Shown here: piece after piece, positions 53,804-64,000 of the stretch | How the letters are laid out: every line of letters starts with the position of its first letter | How positions within the stretch are numbered: the first letter of the stretch is position 1 | Virus record (IMG/VR): IMGVR_UViG_3300005239_000270 | Length of the DNA: 64,000 nt | Source: an uncultured virus (IMG/VR IMGVR_UViG_3300005239_000270) | Lineage: Duplodnaviria; Heunggongvirae; Uroviricota; Caudoviricetes | Direction: 5' to 3' (one strand) | The notes under the pieces: model-generated | Told to the model about the DNA's origin: nothing | Seen by the model: the letters and a program-made list of their open reading frames with translations, nothing else | Database searches by the model: none | Program-made: the position numbers and the translations under genes

Positions 53804-54091
53804 CTACTCAAGAACTTGAAGATGCTTTTACTGATTTGATCATCAAACATGCATCTGATGATTTATATATAGATCTCGTAAAGAAATTTATCCAAGAAGC
53901 TAAACAATCAAAACATCCTTTATCAGAATCTTCAGTTGGCTAGAAGAATATGCAACCTAGAAAGAAGTTTAAAGTAGAATTAATCGTAGAGGTTAAGCCT
54001 CTAGTCATTGAACATTTATTGGAAGAGTTCTGCGATACTGCAGACTTTGAAAATGCAACGATTCATCAATATAATTACTACGGATTAGATA

Positions 54092-54322
54092 ATGAGCAAG
54101 AAGAAGCAAGGAGTAATTGAAACCAAGGGCACTATCTATAAAGAGAGTGGCAATGGATACTTCAATGTAGAACTCGAAGAACCAGAAGGACATACAGCAC
54201 TCTGCCGCGCATCAGGTCGTTTAATCACACGTAAGATTCAACTGCTTGTTGGCGACAGAGTGACTGTTGAACTAAGTGAATATGACCTTGGAAGAGGACG
54301 TATAACTTTGCGTGAAAAGTAA
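54092..54322 (+). CDS. infA: Translation initiation factor IF-1
   Basis: IETKGTI...NGYFNVEL...SGR....IQLLVGDRVTVELSEYDLGRGRITLR. Confidence 0.9.
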   Translation: MSKKKQGVIETKGTIYKESGNGYFNVELEEPEGHTALCRASGRLITRKIQLLVGDRVTVELSEYDLGRGRITLREK

Positions 54323-54361
54323 CGACTATTAGTTACACTAGAGAAACTCTAAAATTTTATA

Positions 54362-54799
54362 ATGACATTACTAGAACAAGCAATCGCATTTCGTGAAGCT
54401 TACGATCAAGAGATGCTAGAAGGTATGGTTCGCTATGGCTTCGTCAAAGAAAAACTATTCGATATGCAAGCAGGGCTTATAGAAGAAGAAGCTAATGAAT
54501 TCCTTGAAGCCTGTAAAGACTTAAGAGATGCAGCCAATACACCTGCTAATCACTATGAAGTTCTTAAAGAACTTAGTGATCTTGTATTTGTTTGCTATCA
54601 GTTTGCTGCTACTTATGGGCTTGACTTAGATACCGCAATGGAGCGTGTATTTGAGTCGAACATGAGTAAACTAGATGATGACGGAAAACCTATTTACCGT
54701 GAAGACGGTAAGGTACTCAAGGGTCCAAATTATAAGAAACCAAAGCTGGATGACTTGATACCACTAGGTCAAATTCACTACGATACTTCAGGCAAATGA
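54362..54799 (+). CDS. MazG-like nucleotide pyrophosphohydrolase
   Basis: LIEEEANEF, LKELSDLVFV, VFESNMSK, REDGKVLKGPNY. Confidence 0.85.
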   Translation: MTLLEQAIAFREAYDQEMLEGMVRYGFVKEKLFDMQAGLIEEEANEFLEACKDLRDAANTPANHYEVLKELSDLVFVCYQFAATYGLDLDTAMERVFESNMSKLDDDGKPIYREDGKVLKGPNYKKPKLDDLIPLGQIHYDTSGK

Positions 54800-56220
54800 T
54801 GCAAGAAACTAAAGCAGATACAAACAATTTAATTGCTCGCACTGGTCGAGTACAGGGTTGGATTGATGACCCTACTAGTCGGTTGCCCGTGTCGTGCACG
54901 GTCATTAATGTTCAAGACAGTATGAGTGATGGCCAAGATTCAATCGAAGCAAGCTGGCGATTTGTTTCGCACGCTTTACGCTACGGAGCAGGAGTTGCTG
55001 TGCATCTATCCGACGTTAGAGCACGCGGAACAGAAAATGGTAAAGGCTTGGTGGCCTCGGGTCCAGTCTCGTTTGGAAAAATCTACAGCTGCTTGAATGA
55101 GCAACTGCGTCGCGGTGGCGTTTACAAGAACGGCGCTGTGGTTTTGCATATTGATATTAAGCACGGTGACATCCTTGAGTTCGTTACTACACCTAGGCAC
55201 GAGCTACCTTGGGCTAAGCGTTGCGTCAATGTAACCACTGCTCTATGGAATGAAGCAACAGATGAAGTCAAAGATGAAATCCTTAAAGGCATTGCTCGTG
55301 GTGACATCTGGCTTGCCAAGATTCGCTATGACCAGCACGGCAAACGTATCTTCGCGAATGTATGCCTTGAAGTATTCCTCAAATCAAGAGGCACCTGCTT
55401 ACTTCAGCACGTGAACCTCGGTGCTTGCCGTCCTGAAGATATCTCAACTGCATTTGCTGTCGGTATGAGTGAGCTCATTGAGCTTCACGCAAAGACTGGT
55501 GTTGAAAAGACTGGCGAGTATTTGACTCAAGAGAATGATCGTCAAGTCGGCCTTGGTGTCCTTGGTTTAGCCAACTTGCTTGCGCTAGAAGAGATCACTT
55601 ATGCACAGTTCGCTGATGCAATAGATCAACTACCTGAAGCGACTCCTAAAGCTACTAAACTTGTAGCACAGCTAAGCGCAGGATTCTCTGTTGCTGCATC
55701 ACTTGCACGCTCTGCCAATATGGATAGAGCATTTGCAATTGCACCAACTGCTTCTTGTTCTTATCGTTATACAGACCGAGCAGGCTATACAACAGCCCCC
55801 GAGATTGCACCGCCAATCGGGCGCACCGTTGATAGGGACAGCTCCACATTTGGCGTTCAACAGTTTGATTACGGCAACGTAGAGACTGCTGATTGCGTTG
55901 GTTGGGATAACTACTTCCGTGTAGTTAATGGCATCGTTCAAATGATGCACGACACCGGCCTAAGCCATGGCTATTCATTCAACAGTTGGTCAGACGTTGT
56001 TCAATATGACGAAGACTTTATTCAGTCGTGGCTTGCTTCACCGCAGACCTCACTGTATTACAGCCTTCAAGTTAATCAGAACACGCAGGCTAAAGATGAT
56101 GCAATGGTTGCACTCGATGACCAATACGGTTTTGACTTTTCCAACCTAGATGACGAAGACGCTGACGGCAACTACAGCGTATTTAATGACCCTGCCTTGT
56201 GTGTGGGTTGTGCCGAATAA
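54796..56220 (+). CDS. nrdA: Ribonucleotide reductase alpha subunit, compact cyanophage type
   Basis: LPVSC, NVCLE, CLL, GLGVLGLA, AIAPTASCS, SLYY, C-terminal CVGCAE. Confidence 0.9.
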   Translation: MMQETKADTNNLIARTGRVQGWIDDPTSRLPVSCTVINVQDSMSDGQDSIEASWRFVSHALRYGAGVAVHLSDVRARGTENGKGLVASGPVSFGKIYSCLNEQLRRGGVYKNGAVVLHIDIKHGDILEFVTTPRHELPWAKRCVNVTTALWNEATDEVKDEILKGIARGDIWLAKIRYDQHGKRIFANVCLEVFLKSRGTCLLQHVNLGACRPEDISTAFAVGMSELIELHAKTGVEKTGEYLTQENDRQVGLGVLGLANLLALEEITYAQFADAIDQLPEATPKATKLVAQLSAGFSVAASLARSANMDRAFAIAPTASCSYRYTDRAGYTTAPEIAPPIGRTVDRDSSTFGVQQFDYGNVETADCVGWDNYFRVVNGIVQMMHDTGLSHGYSFNSWSDVVQYDEDFIQSWLASPQTSLYYSLQVNQNTQAKDDAMVALDDQYGFDFSNLDDEDADGNYSVFNDPALCVGCAE

Positions 56221-56238
56221 ACCTCACTTAATAATTCA

Positions 56239-56973
56239 ATGACAAAAGCAGCAACGCCTTACTTACATCTTCATCAGCGCAAGCGTACCTGGACTCCGGT
56301 TCAAGTCTCTGCTGGTCAGCTACTGACTGGTGGTGAAGAAGCAGTGCATCGTGCACTTGCTCTTCGTAGCCTTGAGATTCCTGTTGGTGACTTCATTGCT
56401 GATGCAATGAAAGGCGACCTACCTGATATCGAAGGTTGCCGGGAGCTGCTGCTCTCTAATGTTAAGGATGAAGAGAACCATGACATTGCCCTTAATTTCG
56501 CGGCTCAAGCGCATCAAGTCCCCGATCGGATTGAGAAAGAAGCTGCGCGGATTACTAAAGCGTGGCTTGAACTTGACAGGCATCCTGTCCTTAAAGCGGT
56601 CGTCCTCGAACGGTCTGTGTTCTTCGTGCTCCTGCCCATATTCCGATTCCTTGGAGATACCGGACTTAGAACCACTTCTGCAGACATTAGCCGGGACGAA
56701 ACAACGCACGTCGCTGCCAACACCCTCGTCTGTCAAGAGCTTGGTCTTACACCTGACAAAGAGCTCAATAAGCTTAGACGGGCAACCGTTGCATGGGTAC
56801 TTCAATCCCTTAACGGAGAAGCAAGTCATAAGCATCTCTCGTCAAACTTCTGGCTGGGATGTTCGGATAGTCTGTACACGCGAGGCAAAGCAGAAGGACT
56901 AAGTGATACCAGGGCTTCTCGGATGCCTGCATTCTTTGAAACCGCCAACCAAAATTTGCCTCAGTATGCTTGA
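56239..56973 (+). CDS. nrdB: Ribonucleotide reductase beta subunit (ferritin-like)
   Basis: LE, DEENH, LE..FF, DETTH metal ligands; C-terminal Y; adjacent to alpha. Confidence 0.85.
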   Translation: MTKAATPYLHLHQRKRTWTPVQVSAGQLLTGGEEAVHRALALRSLEIPVGDFIADAMKGDLPDIEGCRELLLSNVKDEENHDIALNFAAQAHQVPDRIEKEAARITKAWLELDRHPVLKAVVLERSVFFVLLPIFRFLGDTGLRTTSADISRDETTHVAANTLVCQELGLTPDKELNKLRRATVAWVLQSLNGEASHKHLSSNFWLGCSDSLYTRGKAEGLSDTRASRMPAFFETANQNLPQYA

Positions 56974-57259
56974 ATTCACAGCTAAAGAACTAAACAGAAT
57001 ACAGATACTCACACCAGGAATAGATCCAGGTAACTTCGACCATAAAGGGTTACCTTCTGATACTCATATTGTTAAGTATGAAGTAGACAATGGAATTGTT
57101 TATGATGCTGTCCGTGCCTACACTATGGTTGATATATTTGACACCTACCACGATAAGCTCAAGACACTAAAAGGTAGGGTGATTGATATCAGGTCTGGGT
57201 ATGGCACTGTCCGTCCTAACATGTACGGCAAAATTAAAACTGGAGCAATTGAAGAATGA
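56966..57259 (+). CDS. Hypothetical protein
   Basis: Likely start MLEFTAKE. Confidence 0.55.
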   Translation: MLEFTAKELNRIQILTPGIDPGNFDHKGLPSDTHIVKYEVDNGIVYDAVRAYTMVDIFDTYHDKLKTLKGRVIDIRSGYGTVRPNMYGKIKTGAIEE

Positions 57260-57534
57260 CACATCAATACGGAACAAAAGAGTTTTACGCAGAACAATTT
57301 GCAGACTTGATTGCAGATGTTCAACACGACTCACCAGAATGTAGTGACAATCTTGTGTCAGCTTCTTGCTTGCACTAGATGATTGGCGTAAGTATCACGT
57401 CAACAAATCCTAGAACTAGACCGAGTGCAACTTAAGTTGGATGAACAAAGCTGAAACAAAAGAAACTGCTTGACTATATGACAAGCAGCTTGATAAACTA
57501 ACTGTAAAACAAATACGTACACTTATATCTAGCT

Positions 57535-58179
57535 ATGCACGACGCTAAACTTGTCTGGATTACACCAGATGCAGAGAAACTTATCGGTAAAATTGCCCGT
57601 GTCTCTAACCCTGCTAATGAAGACAACCCAAATGTGGTTGGTCTTCTGAAGTATTTAATTAAGCACAAGCACTGGTCTCCATTCGAAATGTGCTCTATGT
57701 GTCTTGAGATACAAACAACACGTGCAATTGCACCGCAAATCTTAAGACATCGTTCATTTTCTTTCCAAGAATTTAGTCAACGCTATGCAATTGCTATGGA
57801 TTTAGAGCTACCGCATTTGCGTAGACAAGATCTAAAGAATCGTCAGAATTCAATTGACGACTTAGATTCAGAAACAACAGAGTTTATTGATGACAGAATC
57901 AATAAGCACTTCCGTGAAGCTGAAGAGTTGTACGGCTACATGATTGACAAAGGTGTAGCTAAAGAATGTGCACGTGCAGTGTTACCATTAAATACAAATA
58001 CCAGGCTGTATATGTCTGGAACTATTCGTAGCTGGCTGCACTACATCGATCTACGCAGCTGGCATGGCACACAATGGGAGCACACGCAGATTGCTCTCAA
58101 TGCTCTAGCTATTTTGAAAGAGCAGTTGCCGACAATTGCTGACGCTATGTGGTCCAATGAATCGACTCAACAAACTTAA
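57535..58179 (+). CDS. thyX: Flavin-dependent thymidylate synthase
   Basis: HWSPFE, QILRHRSFSFQEFSQRY, ECARAVLP, LR...TQWEH. Confidence 0.95.
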   Translation: MHDAKLVWITPDAEKLIGKIARVSNPANEDNPNVVGLLKYLIKHKHWSPFEMCSMCLEIQTTRAIAPQILRHRSFSFQEFSQRYAIAMDLELPHLRRQDLKNRQNSIDDLDSETTEFIDDRINKHFREAEELYGYMIDKGVAKECARAVLPLNTNTRLYMSGTIRSWLHYIDLRSWHGTQWEHTQIALNALAILKEQLPTIADAMWSNESTQQT

Positions 58180-58349
58180 AGAGTGTTTGGAAATCGCTCG
58201 TAAATTTAAGAACCCTGACATGGAAGCTAATATTAAATTAGCTATTGAAGAAGAACGTAAAAATCCCTGCGATGATGTCTATCCAGACCCCACAGATGAA
58301 TGACTTAACTCTTACACTGAGAACGTCGAACAAATAATGCTTACTCAGA

Positions 58350-59009
58350 ATGAATTTTATAGCAGCTACCGTTGAACTCAAAGATGTTATCGGTGATTCA
58401 ATCAACGCTTATGGGCTGGACTATCGCGGTGCTAACGCTGTGGTGCCCGCTAATGGCAGTGCTAGTGAAGTCAGATTTAGGATTCTCTGTTACAACCGTG
58501 AAGGACCTAAGCTTCAAAACTTTCTCAATTGGAAACAAGGCACCAGAGCATTAGTTACTGGCAACATTGTTTTCTCTGATGACACGAGCAAACCTCTTGA
58601 TTTGATTGTCACCACAATTGAACAAAATATTCCTAAAGATATGTATTGCAATCAAGTCGTACTTGGCAATGCATTCTTTGGATCTGATGAGATTAAAGAA
58701 CGTAAAAATAACATGGTTGCTACCAAAATTGGTACAACACTAGACAACCAAGATGTTACTACATGGCTTTTTCTTGAACTACATGAACAACGGAAAAATA
58801 AACTTTCTGACCGACTCCGTAAAGGACGTGCTATCTGTGTCCAAGGATATCTCCGTGAATATCGCAAGGACGACAGTGACAGCCCTTATCGAGCTATCGT
58901 CGCAAACGACTTCACTACTCGAAAGGAGCTCGCAAAAACTAACGGAGGTCGCACGCAAACGGGACAAGCAGCGGGATATACGGAGACAGACCCAACGCCG
59001 GACTACTAG
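58350..59009 (+). CDS. Tandem OB-fold SSB-like protein
   Basis: Two SSB-like units (KQGTRALVTGNI; NQVVLGN...LRKGRAICVQGYLRE) and an acidic tail. Confidence 0.6.
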   Translation: MNFIAATVELKDVIGDSINAYGLDYRGANAVVPANGSASEVRFRILCYNREGPKLQNFLNWKQGTRALVTGNIVFSDDTSKPLDLIVTTIEQNIPKDMYCNQVVLGNAFFGSDEIKERKNNMVATKIGTTLDNQDVTTWLFLELHEQRKNKLSDRLRKGRAICVQGYLREYRKDDSDSPYRAIVANDFTTRKELAKTNGGRTQTGQAAGYTETDPTPDY

Positions 59010-59045
59010 TCGTATGGATATCGAAGATAATTACCCTGACTGGTT

Positions 59046-59378
59046 TTGATCAACAAATACACATTATCAATTAACAAAATGACTCCTCATATCACAAACA
59101 TTGTACGCAGCGCAACAGTACTTATCTGCGCTTTACCTATAACAGTCTCAACTGCTACTCGTCTCAATGTAGGTACTGACGTTGCACGGCAACAGCTTGA
59201 AGTCTCTCCTGCTGATCAAGCTGTGACTGATCTCAAGAATGATTTGACCAAAGCCTGTATTGACTACAAGCTTGGGAAACTAGATGGTACAGTCGAACGT
59301 AAAGCTAAGACTGCTTTAGACGAGGCATTTGATGGTGAAGTACTTTACGATCGTACTTGTGCATTCATCTTAGGTTAA
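59046..59378 (+). CDS. Hypothetical exported protein
   Basis: Hydrophobic N-terminal segment; followed by a terminator at ~59392-59417. Confidence 0.5.
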   Translation: MINKYTLSINKMTPHITNIVRSATVLICALPITVSTATRLNVGTDVARQQLEVSPADQAVTDLKNDLTKACIDYKLGKLDGTVERKAKTALDEAFDGEVLYDRTCAFILG

Positions 59379-59486
59379 TTACCTATACCCCAAAGGCTCG
59401 CGTAAGGGCCTTTTTTAATGCCGGAAATTTTCTCACATTAAATAACATTTAGAACTAAACTTAGAGGTGTCAAATCAATATATCTC

Positions 59487-60227
59487 ATGACCTTGAATGT
59501 AATCCCACCAGAACTTCTGGAAACACAAGACCGAATTGAAACTAAAGAACCTCAGCCGTATTGGAAGCCAAGCTCACTAAAAGATGGAGAGTCAGAAGAA
59601 TTTAGATTGCTTGGTTGTTATGAGACAGGACATGCAGTCACTGGATGGCAGTACGCATCAGAGATCCAAGACCCTAAGACCGGTGACCTCCGCTTTAATG
59701 GCTACGTCGTTACTAGGTCTCACCCTGGGTCTCCTGCTGACATTGCCCGTGAGACCGACTGGTCCAAACCTGATCGGCCCAAGATTGACGGAACCTACGT
59801 CAAGCCTCGGCGATTCCTTGCTTGGGTGGCTACGTCAGCTGCAAGAGGAAGACTAGAAGTTCTATTTCTAGAACAGAAATCTATCCGTGAGCAGCTAACT
59901 GAAATCCTTCAAGAGGTTGAAGACTATACCTGGACTGAAGAAGGTCTCGCTAACTTCTCAATCAAGATTACCAAAAAAGGCACCGGACTTGATACTAGGT
60001 ACACCATCATGCCTAAAGTTCGTGCGGTCCCAGCCAAAATTAAAAACGAATGGGAATCGCAGAAAGATACTATCTGGTTGCCTAATTTCTTTGCTGGCAA
60101 AGATCCATTCGATGGTAAGCAAGTGGAAGAAAAAGGTCTACCTGCTGGCGGTCAAGATAAGCGTGGCGCTCACGTATCTCCCACAACAGCTAAAGCAAAA
60201 GTACAAGATGACAACGCAGAATTTTAA
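59487..60227 (+). CDS. Putative gp32-like ssDNA-binding protein, allele 2
   Basis: Highly similar to 51409-52149. Confidence 0.55.
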   Translation: MTLNVIPPELLETQDRIETKEPQPYWKPSSLKDGESEEFRLLGCYETGHAVTGWQYASEIQDPKTGDLRFNGYVVTRSHPGSPADIARETDWSKPDRPKIDGTYVKPRRFLAWVATSAARGRLEVLFLEQKSIREQLTEILQEVEDYTWTEEGLANFSIKITKKGTGLDTRYTIMPKVRAVPAKIKNEWESQKDTIWLPNFFAGKDPFDGKQVEEKGLPAGGQDKRGAHVSPTTAKAKVQDDNAEF

Positions 60228-60330
60228 TCATGACAAACATTAATACCGAAGGCTTNNNNNNNNNNNNNNNNNNNNCCCACATATTTAATAAATTAGTCTT
60301 ACACTTGTGAGTGTCAAACATATATAACAC

Positions 60331-61071
60331 ATGACCTTACAAGTGCTGCCTCCAGAAATGCTGGAGACTAAAGACAAGATTGAAACTAAAGAAGCTCAAG
60401 CATATTGGAAACCAAGCTCACTAAAAGATGGAGAATCAGAAGAGTTCAGACTGCTTGGCTGTTACCAAACAGGACACGCAATCATGGGATGGCAATACGC
60501 CTGTGAGATTCAAGACCCTAAGACCGGTGACCTCCGCTTTAATGGTTACGTCGTTACTCGGAGCCACCCTGGTACTCCTAGCGATATTGCCCGTGAGACC
60601 GACTGGTCCAAAGCAGAACGTCCCAAGATTGATGGAACCTTCGTCAAGCCTCGTCGGTTCCTCGCCTGGGTTGCAACATCTGCTGCCCGTGGTCGTCTCG
60701 AAGTACTGTTCATTGAACAAAAAACATTACGCGAACAGCTGACTGAAATCCTTCAAGAGGTTGAAGACTACACCTGGACTGAAGAAGGTCTCGCTAATTT
60801 CTCAATCAAGATTAGCAAGAAAGGCGCTGGCCTTGATACTAAGTACAGCATCCTGCCTAAAGTTCGTGCTGTCCCTGCCAAAATTAAAGCTGACTGGGAC
60901 TCACAAAAAGAAACCATCTGGTTGCCAAACTATTTCGAGGGCAAAGACCCATTCGACGGCAAGCAAGTGGATGAGAAAGGTTTACCTGCTGGTGGCACCG
61001 ACAAGCGTGGAGCTCACGTAAGTCCTACCACTGCAAAGAAAAAAGTACAAGAAGATAACGCGGAGTTTTAA
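60331..61071 (+). CDS. Putative gp32-like ssDNA-binding protein, allele 3
   Basis: Highly similar to alleles 1 and 2; separated from them by gaps. Confidence 0.55.
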   Translation: MTLQVLPPEMLETKDKIETKEAQAYWKPSSLKDGESEEFRLLGCYQTGHAIMGWQYACEIQDPKTGDLRFNGYVVTRSHPGTPSDIARETDWSKAERPKIDGTFVKPRRFLAWVATSAARGRLEVLFIEQKTLREQLTEILQEVEDYTWTEEGLANFSIKISKKGAGLDTKYSILPKVRAVPAKIKADWDSQKETIWLPNYFEGKDPFDGKQVDEKGLPAGGTDKRGAHVSPTTAKKKVQEDNAEF

Positions 61072-61073
61072 TT

Positions 61074-61360
61074 ATGACAAACGTAAATACTGAAGGTCTT
61101 CCTGTTGAAATGCAGCAACGCATTGCTGAGATCATTGAGAAAGCTAAAGCGAATGCTGTACAACCTGTTGGTTCTGTACCAGTACAAGCACCTGTTCAAC
61201 AACAACAACCAGGTCTTGTTAACCCTGGTGCCGTAGCACAACGTCCACCATCACTGATGGATCACATCATTGCTTTGCGTGGTGAAGTTTCTGAATTGCG
61301 TCAAGAAAATTTAGATCTACGTCAGCAAGTTCATGCATCTGCTCAAGTAACGGAGGCAGT
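61074..61360 (+). CDS. Coiled-coil protein allele, truncated by gap
   Basis: Homologue of the 52149 gene. Confidence 0.55.
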
Positions 61361-61380
61361 NNNNNNNNNNNNNNNNNNNN

Positions 61381-62037
61381 GGTACTGAAACGGAAAAGTC
61401 TAAAGCCGGTCTCCGCAACTGGAACATCAATAACCCAGGCAAGCTTGAAGAAGCTGGCAAGCGTGGCTCAGCCATTCACCTCGGTTGCGAGAACTACTTA
61501 CGTGGTTTAGATCCAGGTGTACCAGATGAGTATCAAGACTTTTGGAATGGTCTCTCTCAATACCTTGATTGGTTTGATGTACTTCATTGGAGTGAACGAC
61601 CATTAAGAAAAGATTGGTATCACCTACGCTCTGATGATAAGGAAGTAGCCTATGTCTGGTCGACGAAACATTTATATGCAGGGTGTCCAGACTTAATTGG
61701 TGAAATCGGTGGTGTCAAAGTCATCGCTGACTTCAAGACAAGCAACGGTCCATACATGAATCGTTTCCCTGACAAGGGTGACAAGATGGGCTTCGGTGGA
61801 TTTCGTAAGTATCAGAAGTGCGCTCAACAAATGGCTGCCTATAGGCTCGCCCTTGAAGAGCGTACTGGTTATAAGTGTGACGTAGCTTTGATTATTGTCT
61901 CAACTCCGGAGACATCACAAGCTATATTTATCGACGGTGATCAGATGGATCTAGCTGAGTCTAGATTCACTACACGGTGCGCTCAGTTTCATGAGATGTA
62001 TCCACCTGACCCGGAGGAGATTGCGTTAAAAGAATAA
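61381..62037 (+). CDS. PD-(D/E)XK exonuclease (5' end in gap)
   Basis: Open frame from the gap: RGSAIH, WSE, YAGCPDL...IADFKTS, QMAAY. Confidence 0.85.
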   Translation, partial: GTETEKSKAGLRNWNINNPGKLEEAGKRGSAIHLGCENYLRGLDPGVPDEYQDFWNGLSQYLDWFDVLHWSERPLRKDWYHLRSDDKEVAYVWSTKHLYAGCPDLIGEIGGVKVIADFKTSNGPYMNRFPDKGDKMGFGGFRKYQKCAQQMAAYRLALEERTGYKCDVALIIVSTPETSQAIFIDGDQMDLAESRFTTRCAQFHEMYPPDPEEIALKE

Positions 62038-62044
62038 AAGGTAT

Positions 62045-62701
62045 ATGAAACTCAAATTATCTGTCCATAAAAGTTGTAAGAATAAAGCTAATCCTCAAAA
62101 GGTTGCCCGTGGTTGGAGCAATATCTTTGAAGATATTGATTGGCTACTCGGTTGGGTGCAGCACGGCTATGGCTGGACTGCTACTCACTTTGTAGACAAG
62201 CACCGTAAAGCTGAGAATGCTTGCGGCAGTAACCTCGTCGTCATCGACTTCGATGGTGACACCACACTCGATGCATTCTGGGATACCCAGACTGCTAAGG
62301 ACTGGTGCGTTGCTACTTATACATCTTCAAGTCATACCCTTGCTGAGCATAGGTTCCGTGCTCTCTTCCCACTAGAGAGAGAGCTGCAGTCTGCTGCTGA
62401 ACACCGTGGTGCTTACTGGCTTGTGGTCAATCGTTTGTTGCAAGAGCTTGGTCTAACTGAGCTCAAAGACAACTGCGGTCAAAAGCCTGAGCGTCTTTGG
62501 TATGGCAATACCAAAGCAATCGTTAAATACAATGATCAATCATCCAGTGCTTTACATGCATTTGTCCCTGAGTTTCTGCTCATGACATTGAGTATGAAGA
62601 GACAACTACCTATGTGCACTCAGACACACTGACCTTGATGTCAGACGATGTCAGTGGCTTCTACGTGAGTTCCTAGAGCGTCTGATGACGTGAGTATGAG
62701 T
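62045..62701 (+). CDS. Primase domain of primase-helicase, allele 1 (frameshifted, truncated)
   Basis: LVVIDFDG, YTSSSH, RFRALFP AEP-like motifs. Confidence 0.75.
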
Positions 62702-62721
62702 NNNNNNNNNNNNNNNNNNNN

Positions 62722-64000
62722 ACATCCTCTAGTCACACACTTGCAGAGCATCGCTTCCGTGCTCTGTTCCCACTTGGCAAAGACTTAGACACAGCATCAC
62801 AGCACCGTGGTGCTTACTGGCTTGTCGTCAATCGTTTGCTACAAGAGCTTGGTCTAGATGAGCTCAAAGATAACTGTGGCCAGAAAAGTGAACGCTTATG
62901 GTACGGCAATACAAAAGCAGAAGTAAGGCTCAACGATGATGCCTTAGTCCCTGACTTCCTGCTCAACGATATTGAGTACGAAGAGTCTTCTACTTATGTA
63001 CACTCTGACGTCACAGACGTTGATGTCAAACGTTGTCAGTGGCTCCTGCGAGAGTTCTTAGACCCTTCTGAAGATGGTGAGTATGAGTCTTATTTTGTAC
63101 CGATCATGGCCGCCTGTGCAGGCATTGGACACGTTGTCTTCGATGACTGGGTTGACTGGGTCTTACGTGGTCATCACGGTGAAAAGCCAGAGAACTCTCA
63201 GCCATTTAAATGGCATGGTCTTGGCAATTTTGCAGGGCACACTTCGCTCTATGCAATGGCCAAAAAACAAGACCGTAGTTGGACTCAACAGCTCCCACAT
63301 TCATTAATGTTTGGTGCTGTTGGTACAGCTGTAGGTTATACAGAACTCGACCCACAACCTGATTTTGCAGAAGTTATAATCGCATCGCAGGGTAAATCTA
63401 TACCGGAGAAAAATATGATTGAACCAGAACCGTTACCTGATGTATCGGTTGCAAAACGAAAAGGTCGTCCTAAAAAAAGCAGCAATGACGCTGCCAAAGA
63501 ACGTGAAGAAGATGTTCGTCAAGTTAAAGAGATCCTGCAAGAACTGCGTAAAAATGAACTAACGGGTGCTATTGAATACACTGACAATACTGGTCGTACT
63601 ATTGCACTACAAGGTAATGACCTTGAGTTAATGACAACCAAACTAGCTTGTGAGTTTGGAGTATTTATACCTGAGCCTCGTGTCAAAGCAGCTGTTCAGT
63701 ATGCGGCTTCCAGGAATTCATACTGTCCTATTCGCCGTTATCTTGATCACTGCAGTGCACGCGCTAAGCCGCATGAGCAATGGGCAACCATTGGCGAGGA
63801 GTTCTTAGGCAACAAGCATCACATCGCTACCCTTGCTATGCAACGGATGATGATTGGTGCTGTAGCACGAGCATATAACCCTGGCTGCTCTATGTCTTGG
63901 CTACCCATTCTTGTCGGTGCTCAAGGTGTTGGTAAGTCAATGTTCAGTCGCAACCTTGTCCCTAATGATTTGTTTGCTGAGGTTTCAACACCTTTAGACA
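62722..64000 (+). CDS. Primase-PriCT-VirE/VapE-like helicase, allele 2 (both ends missing)
   Basis: Continuous frame from TSSSHTLAEHRFRALFP through FDDWVDW to the Walker A PILVGAQGVGKS at ~63905-63940. Confidence 0.8.

Overview
A 64 kb gapped scaffold of a tailed dsDNA marine cyanophage (psbA, hli, NblA-like gene, cyanobacterial-type sigma factor). No T4-like sheath/baseplate genes or T7-type RNA polymerase are visible. It has three blocks. (1) 1-31.7 kb, mostly minus strand, is the virion module: tail fibres, major capsid protein, scaffold, portal, terminases and many low-complexity putative internal/ejection proteins. (2) 31.7-32.7 kb is a non-coding strand switch. (3) 32.7-64 kb, mostly plus strand, holds small early genes, tRNA-Asp, psbA/hli, IF-1, MazG-like, class I RNR, ThyX, SSBs, exonuclease and primase-helicase. 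Near-identical gene copies sit on opposite sides of N-gaps and several genes have single-base frameshifts, so the scaffold looks like a mosaic of related genomes with indel errors. The most striking unexplained patterns are: ~17 covarying hairpins with a fixed-distance downstream TGTG motif in front of early genes, reminiscent of N4-type hairpin promoters; a -10 box 23-29 nt upstream of almost every virion gene; an R-[FLMY]-A-G peptide motif shared by ~10 unrelated late proteins; a tandem RHH + Cx4Cx2Cx5C regulator pair beside a duplicated CTACG inverted element; and a ~490-nt dual-coding portal/scaffold overlap. All calls come from reading the sequence; no database search was run.
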